64,000 bases of DNA from Armatimonadota bacterium (GTDB taxonomy: Bacteria; Armatimonadota; SYMT01): NCBI GenBank assembly GCA_041690135.1, contig JAWLHY010000008.1, positions 256,001 through 320,000 on the forward strand. The letters run 5' to 3'. Under the pieces are notes generated by a model. The model did no database searches. It was not told the DNA's origin and worked only from the letters and a program-made list of their open reading frames with translations. The position numbers were made by a program, and so were the translations under genes. Positions 21,120 to 30,262 of the stretch are shown here, one piece after another; position 1 is the first letter of the stretch; each line of letters begins with the position of its first letter.

Positions 21120-21806
21120 TCAGGGGGAACCGGTGCGGAGAGCCTGGGAGTGCTGTCTGGCCGCACGGGTGTTTTCCAGGGCGGTTTCCAGGTGGTAGAG
21201 CAGGAGGTGGAGCCGGAGGTCGTCCGGGGTTTTGCGGAGCTGTGCGGCGAGCGTGTTCCGGGTGGACTTGAGCTTGCCCGCTTCGGTGAGTGCAACGACA
21301 TAGCTCTTCCCAAGGGCGGAAGACTGCATATCCGCCAGACGGAGCGGCGCGATGCCCGTTTGCGGCGTGTGGCAGGACCGGCACTCCGGCTGGTGGATGC
21401 GGACGGAAAGCGAGAGGAAGCGGTCGTAGAACTGGGCTGCTTTCTCCGGCTTGCCCTCCGCCCGATAGCTCTCGGCGGCCACCCGAAAGTAGATGTGTTT
21501 GTCGCTAAGAGACATCGGGACCTGGGGGTCGAGCCCCTCCAGCGTCGTGATCGCCATTTCCGGAGCGCCGAAGTTTGCTGCCTGCTGAGCCCTGCGGACG
21601 AGGTCCGCTTGCGTCTGCTGCGCCAGATTGGGCTTGGCCGCTGGTGCGGTCTCGCTCTGCATCATCCGCGGAACGACGCTGATAACGGCGGCGAACAGAA
21701 TCCAGAGAAGCGCGAAGCCGAGCGCAACGAGCAACCAGGGCCACCAGGTCGCGGACCGGCGGTCGGTGCGGTGGATATCGTCGTCAACCAGTGGCATCGG
21801 AAGCAT
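21120..21806 (-). CDS. Membrane-anchored TPR-like protein with one CxxCH motif
   Basis: N-terminal TM (WWPWLLVALGFALLWILF); helical repeats (AESYRAEGKPEKAAQFY); ECRSCHT. Confidence 0.7.
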   Translation of the reverse strand: MLPMPLVDDDIHRTDRRSATWWPWLLVALGFALLWILFAAVISVVPRMMQSETAPAAKPNLAQQTQADLVRRAQQAANFGAPEMAITTLEGLDPQVPMSLSDKHIYFRVAAESYRAEGKPEKAAQFYDRFLSLSVRIHQPECRSCHTPQTGIAPLRLADMQSSALGKSYVVALTEAGKLKSTRNTLAAQLRKTPDDLRLHLLLYHLETALENTRAARQHSQALRTGSP

Positions 21807-21813
21807 GAATGCG

Positions 21814-21850
21814 GAAAGAGGCCGGATGCAGCGCGCGTCCGGCCTCTTTC
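21814..21850 (-). terminator. Terminator hairpin after sugar ABC permease
   Basis: GAAAGAGGCCGGATG...CGTCCGGCCTCTTTC. Confidence 0.65.
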
Positions 21851-21874
21851 ATGACGTACAGTAACCGCGGACGG

Positions 21875-22960
21875 TTATCCGGACCGAGCGCGACCGGCCT
21901 TTCCGCTCGTGGCCAGTACCCGGATCTGGTTGAGGACGACCGCCGCCAGGAGCACGCCCCCGACGACCATACCGCGCCAGAAGGTCGGATTGGCCATCGT
22001 CAGGTTGATGATGTTCAGGATCATCTCCAGCAGGACCGCGCCGAGAACCGTCCCCAGCACACTGCCGCGTCCACCGGTGAGGAGGGCGCCGCCGATGACC
22101 GCCGCCGAAATGGCGTTGAGCTCGAACATCACGCCGCCGCCCGGGTCGCCCTGTCCCGCATATCCGGCATAGAGGATCCCCGCCAGGCCGCCCAGCAGGC
22201 TACAGGTGCCATAGACGAAGAGGCGCACGGAGAGGACGTTAATCCCGGAGAGGCGCGAAGCTTCCACATTGCTGCCCACCGAGTAAACGTGTCGGCCCAC
22301 ACGCGTGCCCAGCAGAATCGCCGTGATCGCTACCGCCAGCGCCAACATGATCAGCGTGGGCACCGGCAGGCCTACTCCGGTGCCCGCAATGTAGAGCTTC
22401 TGGTTGCCCAGGAAGGTGATCAACGGGAACCGTTCGATCGGAACCGGCACGGCGTTGTTCAGCAGCAAGCTGCCGCTCCGGAGGATCGACATCGAGGCGA
22501 GGGTGACCACGAACGGCGGCAACCGGAGGAAGTGGATCAGCAGCGCGTGCACCACTCCCAGTGCCAGCGAGAATGCCAGCACGACGAGGATGGCCAGCAG
22601 GGTGGCCTGACCCGCCGGCATGCCCCCGTCGACCATGCGGTTCATGGTCGTGCCCAGCAGCATCCCCGCGAACGCCACGAGCGACCCCAGGCTAAGATCG
22701 ATGCCGCCGGTCAGGATGACCAGCAGTTCCCCAATGGCGAAGGTGGACTGGAGACTGATCGTCCGCAGCAGGCTATCCCGGTTGAAATCGCTGATAAACC
22801 CCTTCCACTGCGGGGTGAACGCCATGTACCCCAGCAGGACGACGATTACCAGGACGACGCTGGCCTCCGGAGTCGCCAGCCAGCGCCCGGAGCGGGGCTG
22901 GCCGGCGACTTTGGGACTTACGGGTACCGGGGGTTGGGTTTCAGGAGGACTTGATGCCAA
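21875..22960 (-). CDS. Monosaccharide ABC transporter permease (RbsC-like, BPD_transp_2)
   Basis: VILTGGIDLSLG, PPFVVTL, GRHVYSVGSN-x-EASRLSGI, FELNAISAAVIGG, GGRGSV. Confidence 0.93.
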   Translation of the reverse strand: MASSPPETQPPVPVSPKVAGQPRSGRWLATPEASVVLVIVVLLGYMAFTPQWKGFISDFNRDSLLRTISLQSTFAIGELLVILTGGIDLSLGSLVAFAGMLLGTTMNRMVDGGMPAGQATLLAILVVLAFSLALGVVHALLIHFLRLPPFVVTLASMSILRSGSLLLNNAVPVPIERFPLITFLGNQKLYIAGTGVGLPVPTLIMLALAVAITAILLGTRVGRHVYSVGSNVEASRLSGINVLSVRLFVYGTCSLLGGLAGILYAGYAGQGDPGGGVMFELNAISAAVIGGALLTGGRGSVLGTVLGAVLLEMILNIINLTMANPTFWRGMVVGGVLLAAVVLNQIRVLATSGKAGRARSG

Positions 22961-24089
22961 GAGCTTCCAGGCCCTTCTTGTAATCCCGGACGTTACCCGG
23001 GGTAATCACTTCCACTCCGGTGTCGTACATCCCGTCCTCGGGGATGTTCATCTCCTTTTTCGCTTCCGACCAACCCTTGCGGTTGATGAGGTACAGAAGC
23101 TTGGTGGAGAGATAACCGAAGTCGTACGGCTTCTGAACGACCGTGGCGTCGATGTTGCCCTTTTCCAGTTCCTGAAGCGTCACCGGCTCCGCATCGAAAG
23201 CGACGATCTTGTACTTGTCGCGCAGCTTGGCGTTCGACACGGCCTGCACGATAGCGGGGCCGTTGTAGCTGAAAAGGCCCAGGAAGCCCTGCACCTGATC
23301 GTTGTGCTTCGCGATGGCATTTTCAACGTTGCTGCGGGCGCGCGAGGCGTCCTTGTTGTCATCCAGCACGTCGATCACTTCGATGTTCTTCTCTTTGGCG
23401 GATTCCACGAAGCCGTCGCGCCGCTCGCGAGCGTTGGAGGCGCTGATGTTGCCCACGAAGCCGACGAACTTGCTGCCGGCCGGTACCAGCTCTGTGGCCG
23501 CTTTCCCGGCCGCCTTGCCGGCGTTGAAGTTGTTCGTCCCGATGTAGCAGAGTCGGCCCGAAGTGGGGGAGTCGGAGTCGAAGGTGATGATGGGGACGTT
23601 CTTATCCAGCACCATCTGCACGATCGCCACGGAGGCTTCCGGCTCGATACAGGAGAGCGCAATGCCGTCCGCCCCCTTTGCGAGGGCATCCTCGACCATG
23701 CGCTTCTGTTCCGCCACGGTGGAGTTCTGGGGTCCGCTCCATTCCGCCTTACATCCGAGTTCGGCCGCAGCTTTCTTCATGCCGACGCCCATCGGGTCCC
23801 AGAACGGCGAGATTCCGTTGGTGATGACCGCGATGAAGACGTCGCCTTCGGCCTTTCGGGGACTTTCAAACTTCGCAGCAGCAGTGCTGGCGGAACCAGA
23901 GGTGCCGGGCGTGCTGCTACCGGCACCGGAGCTGGCGGCCGGCGTGCTCCCAGCTCCCGCGTCAGGAGAGGGTGGTTCGGTAGAGCACGACGTTAGCAGC
24001 AGCGTCAGGGGAAGCAGACTGCTCGCCGCGACCCATGCGGCTTTGCGCGAGCGAGAGCGACCTGGGGTATTCCCAGCGCAGAGAGGCAT
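22941..24089 (-). CDS. Sugar ABC transporter substrate-binding lipoprotein (RbsB-like)
   Basis: Lipobox LLTSC; Ser/Thr/Ala linker; SPFW, ITFDSD, YIGTNN, ERRDGF, VVQKPYDFGY. Confidence 0.92.
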   Translation of the reverse strand: MPLCAGNTPGRSRSRKAAWVAASSLLPLTLLLTSCSTEPPSPDAGAGSTPAASSGAGSSTPGTSGSASTAAAKFESPRKAEGDVFIAVITNGISPFWDPMGVGMKKAAAELGCKAEWSGPQNSTVAEQKRMVEDALAKGADGIALSCIEPEASVAIVQMVLDKNVPIITFDSDSPTSGRLCYIGTNNFNAGKAAGKAATELVPAGSKFVGFVGNISASNARERRDGFVESAKEKNIEVIDVLDDNKDASRARSNVENAIAKHNDQVQGFLGLFSYNGPAIVQAVSNAKLRDKYKIVAFDAEPVTLQELEKGNIDATVVQKPYDFGYLSTKLLYLINRKGWSEAKKEMNIPEDGMYDTGVEVITPGNVRDYKKGLEALGIKSS

Positions 24090-24154
24090 CTTCTAGTTCC
24101 TCCAGAGTATCTACAGGTGCAAATCGGTATCCGGTACAGCCCGCTGGCGTGTCG

Positions 24155-24170
24155 GAACATACCAATGTTC
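24155..24170. promoter_or_regulatory. Palindromic candidate operator upstream of sugar ABC genes
   Basis: GAACAT-acca-ATGTTC perfect dyad about 65 bp upstream of the binding-protein start. Confidence 0.4.
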
Positions 24171-24522
24171 TACGAACAAGTAAAGACTCCTCCGAAAATC
24201 CCGGGAAGGGTGATTCCCGGTGCGAAATGCGAAGTCCAAGTGGCGAGGAGTCAGGGGCGAAGGGTGTAGTCGATCGTGCGCTGGCATACGTCCGGACCAG
24301 TCGAACAGCGCCGCGGCAGGACTCCCTCGTGGCAAGCGGCGTGGACTTTGCCTTTGCGCTTGTTGATGTCGAGCAGGCCCTCCGATGCCTGACTCGCCGG
24401 AGTTCGGGCCTATATTGACGTGTGGGGCTCCGCTTACCGCTTACGGGTACCGGGGAGCGACGGTTCGGGGGCGATGACCGAGCACGGACTGGAGGTGTTC
24501 AAGTTTTCCGGACAATAGCTGC

Positions 24523-24553
24523 CAGGGGTGGTGACGTGTTGTCATCACCCCTG
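24523..24553 (-). terminator. Hairpin downstream of glmS
   Basis: CAGGGGTGGTGAC-GTGTT-GTCATCACCCCTG. Confidence 0.6.
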
Positions 24554-24582
24554 CCGGCTATCGGAAACCTATACTCCGTGCC

Positions 24583-26430
24583 CTACTCTACCGTCACGCT
24601 CTTGGCGAGGTTTCGTGGCTGGTCGATTTCACAGCCGCCGTTGCGGGCAATGTAGTAGGCCAGCAGTTGGAGGGGAATGATGGCCAGGATCGGCATCAGG
24701 CTGTCATGGCTGTTCGGCACCCGGAAAACCTGATCGCTGGAGTGCTCGATCTCCGCGTCTCCTTCACGAGCGACGGTGAACACATAGGCGCCGCGGGCTT
24801 TGACCTCCTTCAGGTTGCTTGCCAGCTTTTCGCGGAGTGCATCCTGCGTTGCCACGGCGATGGCACTCACACTTTCGGTGACCAGCGCCAGTGTGCCATG
24901 CTTCATCTCACCGGCGGCCAACGCCTCGCTGTGGCGGTAACTGATCTCCTTCAGCTTGAGGGCTCCCTCCTGAGCTAGGGCGTAATCCAGACCGCGTCCC
25001 AGGAAGAAAAAGTCGTGGCAGTCGCTGAAGAACTCCGCGGCCCGAACGATCTCCTCTTCCTTAGCCAGGATACTCTCCACCTGTCCCGGTATGGCTGAAA
25101 GCGCCTCGAGCAGTGCGGCGACCTCGGCGGCGGGCAGTGCTTCACGAAGCTGCGTGAGATACAGCCCGAGGAGGGAGAGTGCGGTTAACTGGCTGGTATA
25201 TGCCTTCGTCGAGGCGACGCAGATCTCGGGGCCTGCCTGTGTGTAGAGAGCATGGTCGGCTTCCCGAGCCAGGGTACTGCCCACCACATTTACGAGGCCG
25301 ACCGTGGTAGACCCATGCGCCTGGGCCTCCCGCATGGCAGCCAGCGTATCGGCCGTTTCACCGGACTGGCTGATGAGCACCACGAGGGATCGCTCGTTGA
25401 GGACCGGCTCGCGGTAGCGGAATTCCGATGCCAACTCCGCCGCTACGGGGATGCGCAATCGTCGCTCCCAGGTTTGCGCGGCCACCAGTCCCGCATGGTA
25501 GGCGGTGCCGCAGCCCACGAGGTAGATGCGGTCGATGGCCTGTGCTTTCGCCGGATCGATTCCTAGCTCCGAAAGATCCACCCGTCCTTCCGCAATGCGG
25601 CCACGCAGGGTGTCCCGAATGGTGGAAGGTTGCTCGTGGATCTCCTTGAGCATGAAATGGTCGTAGCCCTGTTTCTCGGCGGCGGCCGAGTCCCAGGTCA
25701 CCCGCATGGGCTCGCGTTTCACTTCCCCGCCGCGCAGGCTGCGGATCGTCACGCCAGTGGGCCGGATCACCGCGAGATCGTGGTCCTCCAGTACCAGCAC
25801 GTCGCGGGTATAAGGCAACAGAGCGGGAATGTCGGAAGCCACGAAGTACTCTCCATCCCCGAGGCCCACCACGAGCGGGCTATCTTTCCGCGCCGCCACG
25901 AGTAGATCCGGGTGGTCGGCGCTAACAACCACGATGGCGAATGAGCCGCGCACCCGGGCGAGTGCATCCCGGACCGCCTGTTCGAGGTCGCCTTCGTAGT
26001 ACTCGGCGATCAGGTGGGGCAGGACTTCGGTATCCGTCTCGCTGCGAAACTCGTGACCCTGGCCCTGAAGCCACCCCCGCAGCTCGACGTAGTTCTCGAT
26101 GATACCGTTGTGACACACCACGATCTTGCCGCTATCGTCCGGGTGCGGGTGTGCATTCGGCGTGGAAGGGCGACCGTGCGTGGCCCAACGCGTATGGGCG
26201 ATGGCCAGGCGTGCCTCCGGCATCCCGCCGTTCAACTTATCGACCAGCGCCTGGAGTTTCCCTTCCGTTTTCACGATCTGGATCTCTACCGCCCGCAGAT
26301 CCACTTCCCCGGCGGACCGAACGGCCGCCACGCCCGCGGAGTCGTAGCCCCGGTATTCCAAACGCCGCAGTTGATCGACGACCACCGGCACGGCGGACCG
26401 GCTCCCAAGGTATCCTGCTATTCCACACAT
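24583..26430 (-). CDS. glmS: Glutamine--fructose-6-phosphate transaminase (isomerizing)
   Basis: MCGI, LEYRGYDSAG, HTRWATHG, HNGIIEN, SQSGETADT, EGALKLKEISY, DQPRNLAKSVTVE. Confidence 0.99.
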   Translation of the reverse strand: MCGIAGYLGSRSAVPVVVDQLRRLEYRGYDSAGVAAVRSAGEVDLRAVEIQIVKTEGKLQALVDKLNGGMPEARLAIAHTRWATHGRPSTPNAHPHPDDSGKIVVCHNGIIENYVELRGWLQGQGHEFRSETDTEVLPHLIAEYYEGDLEQAVRDALARVRGSFAIVVVSADHPDLLVAARKDSPLVVGLGDGEYFVASDIPALLPYTRDVLVLEDHDLAVIRPTGVTIRSLRGGEVKREPMRVTWDSAAAEKQGYDHFMLKEIHEQPSTIRDTLRGRIAEGRVDLSELGIDPAKAQAIDRIYLVGCGTAYHAGLVAAQTWERRLRIPVAAELASEFRYREPVLNERSLVVLISQSGETADTLAAMREAQAHGSTTVGLVNVVGSTLAREADHALYTQAGPEICVASTKAYTSQLTALSLLGLYLTQLREALPAAEVAALLEALSAIPGQVESILAKEEEIVRAAEFFSDCHDFFFLGRGLDYALAQEGALKLKEISYRHSEALAAGEMKHGTLALVTESVSAIAVATQDALREKLASNLKEVKARGAYVFTVAREGDAEIEHSSDQVFRVPNSHDSLMPILAIIPLQLLAYYIARNGGCEIDQPRNLAKSVTVE

Positions 26431-26520
26431 CGCATCCCTCCTGACTTCATTTCGCCTCGGTTATGAGGCTGTTCAACTTTCACCAGCACCGGCAAACCTG
26501 CTCCTGAACAGGTTTGCTCC

Positions 26521-27501
26521 TCAAACTTGCTCAGCTCGGGACGCAGATGGCCCCAACACAGCCTGACAGACAACCGCTCCTTCACTTTCCCGGAGGGTGA
26601 CTTCCGCTGTCGGAAAGGCGGCCTCCAGCATGCGGCACAAACCGTCTTGCTGCGTCCTATCCACCTCGGAATCCGAGACCACCCGGATCGACCGTTTGCC
26701 TCGGAACTGTCCCAGTGAGTGGACTTCATGCGCTTGCAACCCCAGACGGTTGCGGAAAAGCTTGGAATGATCGGCAACCAGGGTCAGGTCTTCCGCCAAC
26801 TCCGCCATCAGCCGCTTCTGCAGGCGCTCCTGCGACTCGTCGGTAAACAAGCGCCCATCCCCGGTGACGTGGTTGACGTCCAGCACGCAGTGGGTGCCCC
26901 GAAACTGGGGAAGCGGCTCATCCAGGGGGCGATTCTCGGCCTCACTACCAGCCAGGGCACGCAACGCACGCGCGGTCTCATCGCCCGAGACGGCTGCATA
27001 GTCGGGTTGGAACTCCCCTCCCAGCAGGCGCACCGACACGCCGCGCGCCCCGGCCAGCGCGTAGGCAGCCGCGACGCTGGGGGTCCAGACGATCAGATCC
27101 AGGCCGTTTTGCTCCGAGAGTTGATCGGCAACGTAGTAGGTTGTCGTTCCGGCATCAAGCAGCAGGACGCGTAGGTCCGGCTGGCAGGTAAGCTCCCGGG
27201 CGACGGCGCGCGCAATGGCTATTTTGGATTCGGCCCGTCGCTGCAGGCGGGTGGCAAAGAGCGACCGACCGGGTTGAAGCGGATCGGACGGCCGCGCGGC
27301 ATAGGTCCCCCGCGCCAACTTACGAATCCCGGCAAGAGCACAGAGTGCCGTAAGGTCACTCCGAAGGGTCACCTCACTCACCCCGAACTCGGTCATTCCC
27401 ATCCCGATCAGCTCACTGATCGGGACCGGGCGGTCCTGATCGTTGATGTATTCCAGGAGGCGCACCATGCGGCTCGCCCGATCTTCCATCGGCACGGTCA
27501 A
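26521..27501 (-). CDS. DeoR/GlpR-family transcriptional regulator (GlmR-like position upstream of glmS)
   Basis: HTH FGVSEVTLRSDL; K-x-x-IA; LLDAGTTT; LLGG; VADHSK. Confidence 0.88.
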   Translation of the reverse strand: MTVPMEDRASRMVRLLEYINDQDRPVPISELIGMGMTEFGVSEVTLRSDLTALCALAGIRKLARGTYAARPSDPLQPGRSLFATRLQRRAESKIAIARAVARELTCQPDLRVLLLDAGTTTYYVADQLSEQNGLDLIVWTPSVAAAYALAGARGVSVRLLGGEFQPDYAAVSGDETARALRALAGSEAENRPLDEPLPQFRGTHCVLDVNHVTGDGRLFTDESQERLQKRLMAELAEDLTLVADHSKLFRNRLGLQAHEVHSLGQFRGKRSIRVVSDSEVDRTQQDGLCRMLEAAFPTAEVTLRESEGAVVCQAVLGPSASRAEQV

Positions 27502-27562
27502 CTCCCCACCGGGACCCGGCTCACGCTACCCGGCTCTTCCTTTCCAATTATGCCCCGGTTAG

Positions 27563-27609
27563 TTTCGAAATACTCGCTATTTCATAAGATATATCGGCAA
27601 ATTTCGAAA
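27563..27609. promoter_or_regulatory. Two TTTCGAAA palindromes in the AT-rich promoter of the DeoR-glmS unit
   Basis: TTTCGAAA at 27563-27570 and 27602-27609, with TTTCATAA between them. Confidence 0.55.
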
Positions 27610-27703
27610 GCGATTGCAGTCTGCGACGCGGCCCAATCGTGCCTGTCCCTTGCTTGACCTGTTTTTAAGCGACTGGTACTGGGGAGCTATACCGAATCTG
27701 GAG

Positions 27704-27740
27704 AAAAAGAAAACCGCAGGCGCCCGAAGCGCCTGCGGTT
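27704..27740 (-). terminator. Intrinsic terminator
   Basis: AACCGCAGGCGC-CCGAA-GCGCCTGCGGTT preceded by an A-tract (U-tract on minus strand). Confidence 0.82.
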
Positions 27741-27779
27741 ATTACCTTTAGCCGGGGGAAGCCGGCCACGATCGCTATC

Positions 27780-28463
27780 TTAGCGGAAGCGGATTGCGTA
27801 GTTCAGGCTGCCGCCGAACCGGTCGAGGTCCACCAGGTAGAGCATCACGTTGAACGCCCCGGACTGGTAGCGGCCACCGACGTTGACTTCGCCGTTCGCC
27901 ACGTCCACGAGACCGCTCAGGTTGGGTCCGAAGAAGAGTTCAGCCCCACCGAAGACCTCTTCATCGTAGATTCCGCCGCCGAAGCCGAAATGGCCCTTAA
28001 GCGCGAAATCCTGGTCCGTATCCTGGCGAGTGAAGTACTTGCTCGCAACCACATACCAGCTCTGGCCGATGTCCAGCGAGTCCGCCACGTCGATCACACC
28101 CACGGCCAGCGCGGGAATGGTGTCGGTCTCCTGCAGGAACGTGAGCTTCAGGTTGCCGAGCACTTCGGTGCTGGCATTGTCAAAGTCGAGGACGGAAACG
28201 CCGGCCTCGAAACCCAGCCGGTCGGCACCCCAGCCACCCAACACGCCGCCGCCAATGAAATCACCGTTACCGGTGAAGTAGGCAGTGGCCGTGCCGTCGC
28301 GCTGCGAGTAGGCGCTGGGGATGGTGATCAGGCCGCTGGCACCGAAGACGTTGGCAATCCGGGACTCGGACGCGGGGCGAGCCTCTTCGTCCACCTCATC
28401 GCCGGCGAATGCCGGAGCGGCGAACAAAAAGCTCGCCAAAAACAAAGCAAAGGCTTTGCGCAT
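27780..28463 (-). CDS. YjbH-like secreted/outer-membrane beta-barrel protein
   Basis: Signal peptide; G-x-SGLI-x-IPSA; PALAVG-x-x-D; YVVASK; C-terminal Y-x-x-x-F. Confidence 0.7.
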   Translation of the reverse strand: MRKAFALFLASFLFAAPAFAGDEVDEEARPASESRIANVFGASGLITIPSAYSQRDGTATAYFTGNGDFIGGGVLGGWGADRLGFEAGVSVLDFDNASTEVLGNLKLTFLQETDTIPALAVGVIDVADSLDIGQSWYVVASKYFTRQDTDQDFALKGHFGFGGGIYDEEVFGGAELFFGPNLSGLVDVANGEVNVGGRYQSGAFNVMLYLVDLDRFGGSLNYAIRFR

Positions 28464-28885
28464 TGATTAACTCTCCTGATTCCCGGCAGGCAGGCGTTTA
28501 TTCCTAGTTCCAACACCCGCTCCGGGCCCGAGTAGTTATATCCTAGGTCGGCACCGGGTAAACCACACGAACGCTAACCTGACGACCGGCTAACCGCGAA
28601 TTCCTTCCAGGATGGGTTAAGATCGACCTAAGAGCCGCCTTGGGAAATAGCGAAGGGTGGTGAATCGAGCCCTTTGCAGATTTCTTGCGGGCGATGGCCG
28701 GCGAACAGGGCGGCCGGGGCTTCATCCCTTCAAGGTAAAGAAGCAGGCACGTCGTTCGCCGGGATAGCGGCGCCCGTAGGCACAGGTAGGGAACCCTGTC
28801 TCTCCGCGTAAGTAACTACACGGGATAGGACGGCTGTAAACGCCCTTTTCGCGGTTGCAGGGTAAGTGGGGGGAGCGGGTGACCG

Positions 28886-30262
28886 TCAGTTGTCGACGAT
28901 CACCCGGCGGCGCGCGGAGGTGACGGAGGTAAAGCTCGCATCCAAACCACGGACTTCCAACAGATGCTCACCATTGGGAAGGCGCGTGGTGTCCCATTCC
29001 CAGAGATAGGGAGGGACGTTGGTCGTTCGCACGACACGTCCGTTGAGCAGGAAGTGCACTTCCCGAATTCCTTCTCCCATCACGTTGGCGGTGATAGTGA
29101 CCTTGCCGCGCTGGGGGCTTTCCGCCAGTGGGGTCGCGGCCATGAGGAGCCGGCGCTGCACCGCGGGGCGAGGCAGATCGGCGTAAATGATCCGGATGTG
29201 CGTGATTCCGGTTTTGCAGGTCCGGCCACCGCCGAACGCCGCTTCGATGGCTTTGGGCAACTCCGCCTCTTGGATGGTGCCGCGAAGGTCCGGAAGGGGT
29301 TCCCACGGGCCTTCATCAATCCGCACCTCTACCCGCGTCTGCTTTCCGTCCTGCGGGTCGGCCGTGGAGAGGAAGACCGGCATTCCAAACAATGTCGAAA
29401 CGGGAGGCCGACCCGTGTCCTCGGTCACGCCTTCCACCAGGATTTGCGAAGCGGGGTGTGTCGTGCCCTGCAGGGCGGGCTCGGAAGGCTGAATGACAAA
29501 ACCGCCGCGCTCTTCGGTCGGTTCTCCGTTGGCGTCCAGCTTGCGCGCGGTTGAAGCAGTGGACACGATTACCGCCGTGGGCGACCAGGCGAGTACGCGC
29601 CCGGACCCCGCACGCTCCGTGCCGGAATACCTGCCGATCCCCTTGAGCGGTTGTTTGACCCGCCCCAATAAGCGGGGCAACGCATCCGGACGGGTAAGGA
29701 CGACTTCCCCGTCCGGCTTGTTTTCCAGGGTGATGACCGGGACCTCGCCACCACTGGGCTGGGACACCACAATCAACAGCCGGTCTCCCACGCGCGGTGT
29801 GTAGGGAGAGGGGAGAGGCTGAGGCCCCTCCTCCCGCTCGACGAGGAGGGCACTTCCCACGGGAGGCGCCGCCCAGCGGAACAGGCTGCCACGGGCGGAA
29901 ATGTCGGTCGTAATGGTGGACGCGGATTCGGGTTCCCCTTGCGCGAGGATGCGAAGCGACCGCACGGCGCTCTTGACGGCCGGCAATCGCAGGAGCAGGG
30001 AATTGCCCGTAATTCCCGCCACCGCACCCGGCGGCACCAGGCTAAGAACGTTGCTGGCAATCGCGGACGTGCTTGCGGGATGGGTCACTTTGCCCAAACC
30101 GTCCCAGGTGGCGCCCCGATCCGAACTGAGCTCGATGGCGCCTCCGGCTTCGTTCACCACGCGGATACGGTACAGCTCCGGCGCAGGCTGCTCGTCCTGG
30201 GCCGCCGCAGGACTTGCGCCGACCAGTAGTAGCAGGATGACGAGCAGCCCGCGAAGCATCAT
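28886..30262 (-). CDS. Secreted protein with C-terminal bacterial Ig-like (Big) domain
   Basis: Signal peptide from ATG 30262 (overlaps upstream stop); C-terminal V-x-F-x-LNG...PY-x-W-x-WDT...NG-x-H-x-L-x-V. Confidence 0.78.
   Translation of the reverse strand: MMLRGLLVILLLLVGASPAAAQDEQPAPELYRIRVVNEAGGAIELSSDRGATWDGLGKVTHPASTSAIASNVLSLVPPGAVAGITGNSLLLRLPAVKSAVRSLRILAQGEPESASTITTDISARGSLFRWAAPPVGSALLVEREEGPQPLPSPYTPRVGDRLLIVVSQPSGGEVPVITLENKPDGEVVLTRPDALPRLLGRVKQPLKGIGRYSGTERAGSGRVLAWSPTAVIVSTASTARKLDANGEPTEERGGFVIQPSEPALQGTTHPASQILVEGVTEDTGRPPVSTLFGMPVFLSTADPQDGKQTRVEVRIDEGPWEPLPDLRGTIQEAELPKAIEAAFGGGRTCKTGITHIRIIYADLPRPAVQRRLLMAATPLAESPQRGKVTITANVMGEGIREVHFLLNGRVVRTTNVPPYLWEWDTTRLPNGEHLLEVRGLDASFTSVTSARRRVIVDN

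Noticed and set aside
20806-21384. Pro-rich ORFs spanning the G-rich tract
   Set aside because: Translation of low-complexity repeat DNA overlapping a better-supported gene.
24155-24177. LexA (Cheo) box
   Set aside because: GAAC and GTTC are 8 bp apart rather than 4, and the downstream gene is not SOS-related; kept only as a generic dyad.
24200-24520. Possible gene remnant (SGVDFAFALV) between the ABC genes and glmS
   Set aside because: Too short and weak to support homology.
26431-26520. glmS ribozyme
   Set aside because: Only 90 bp with one hairpin; ribozyme core sequences not seen.
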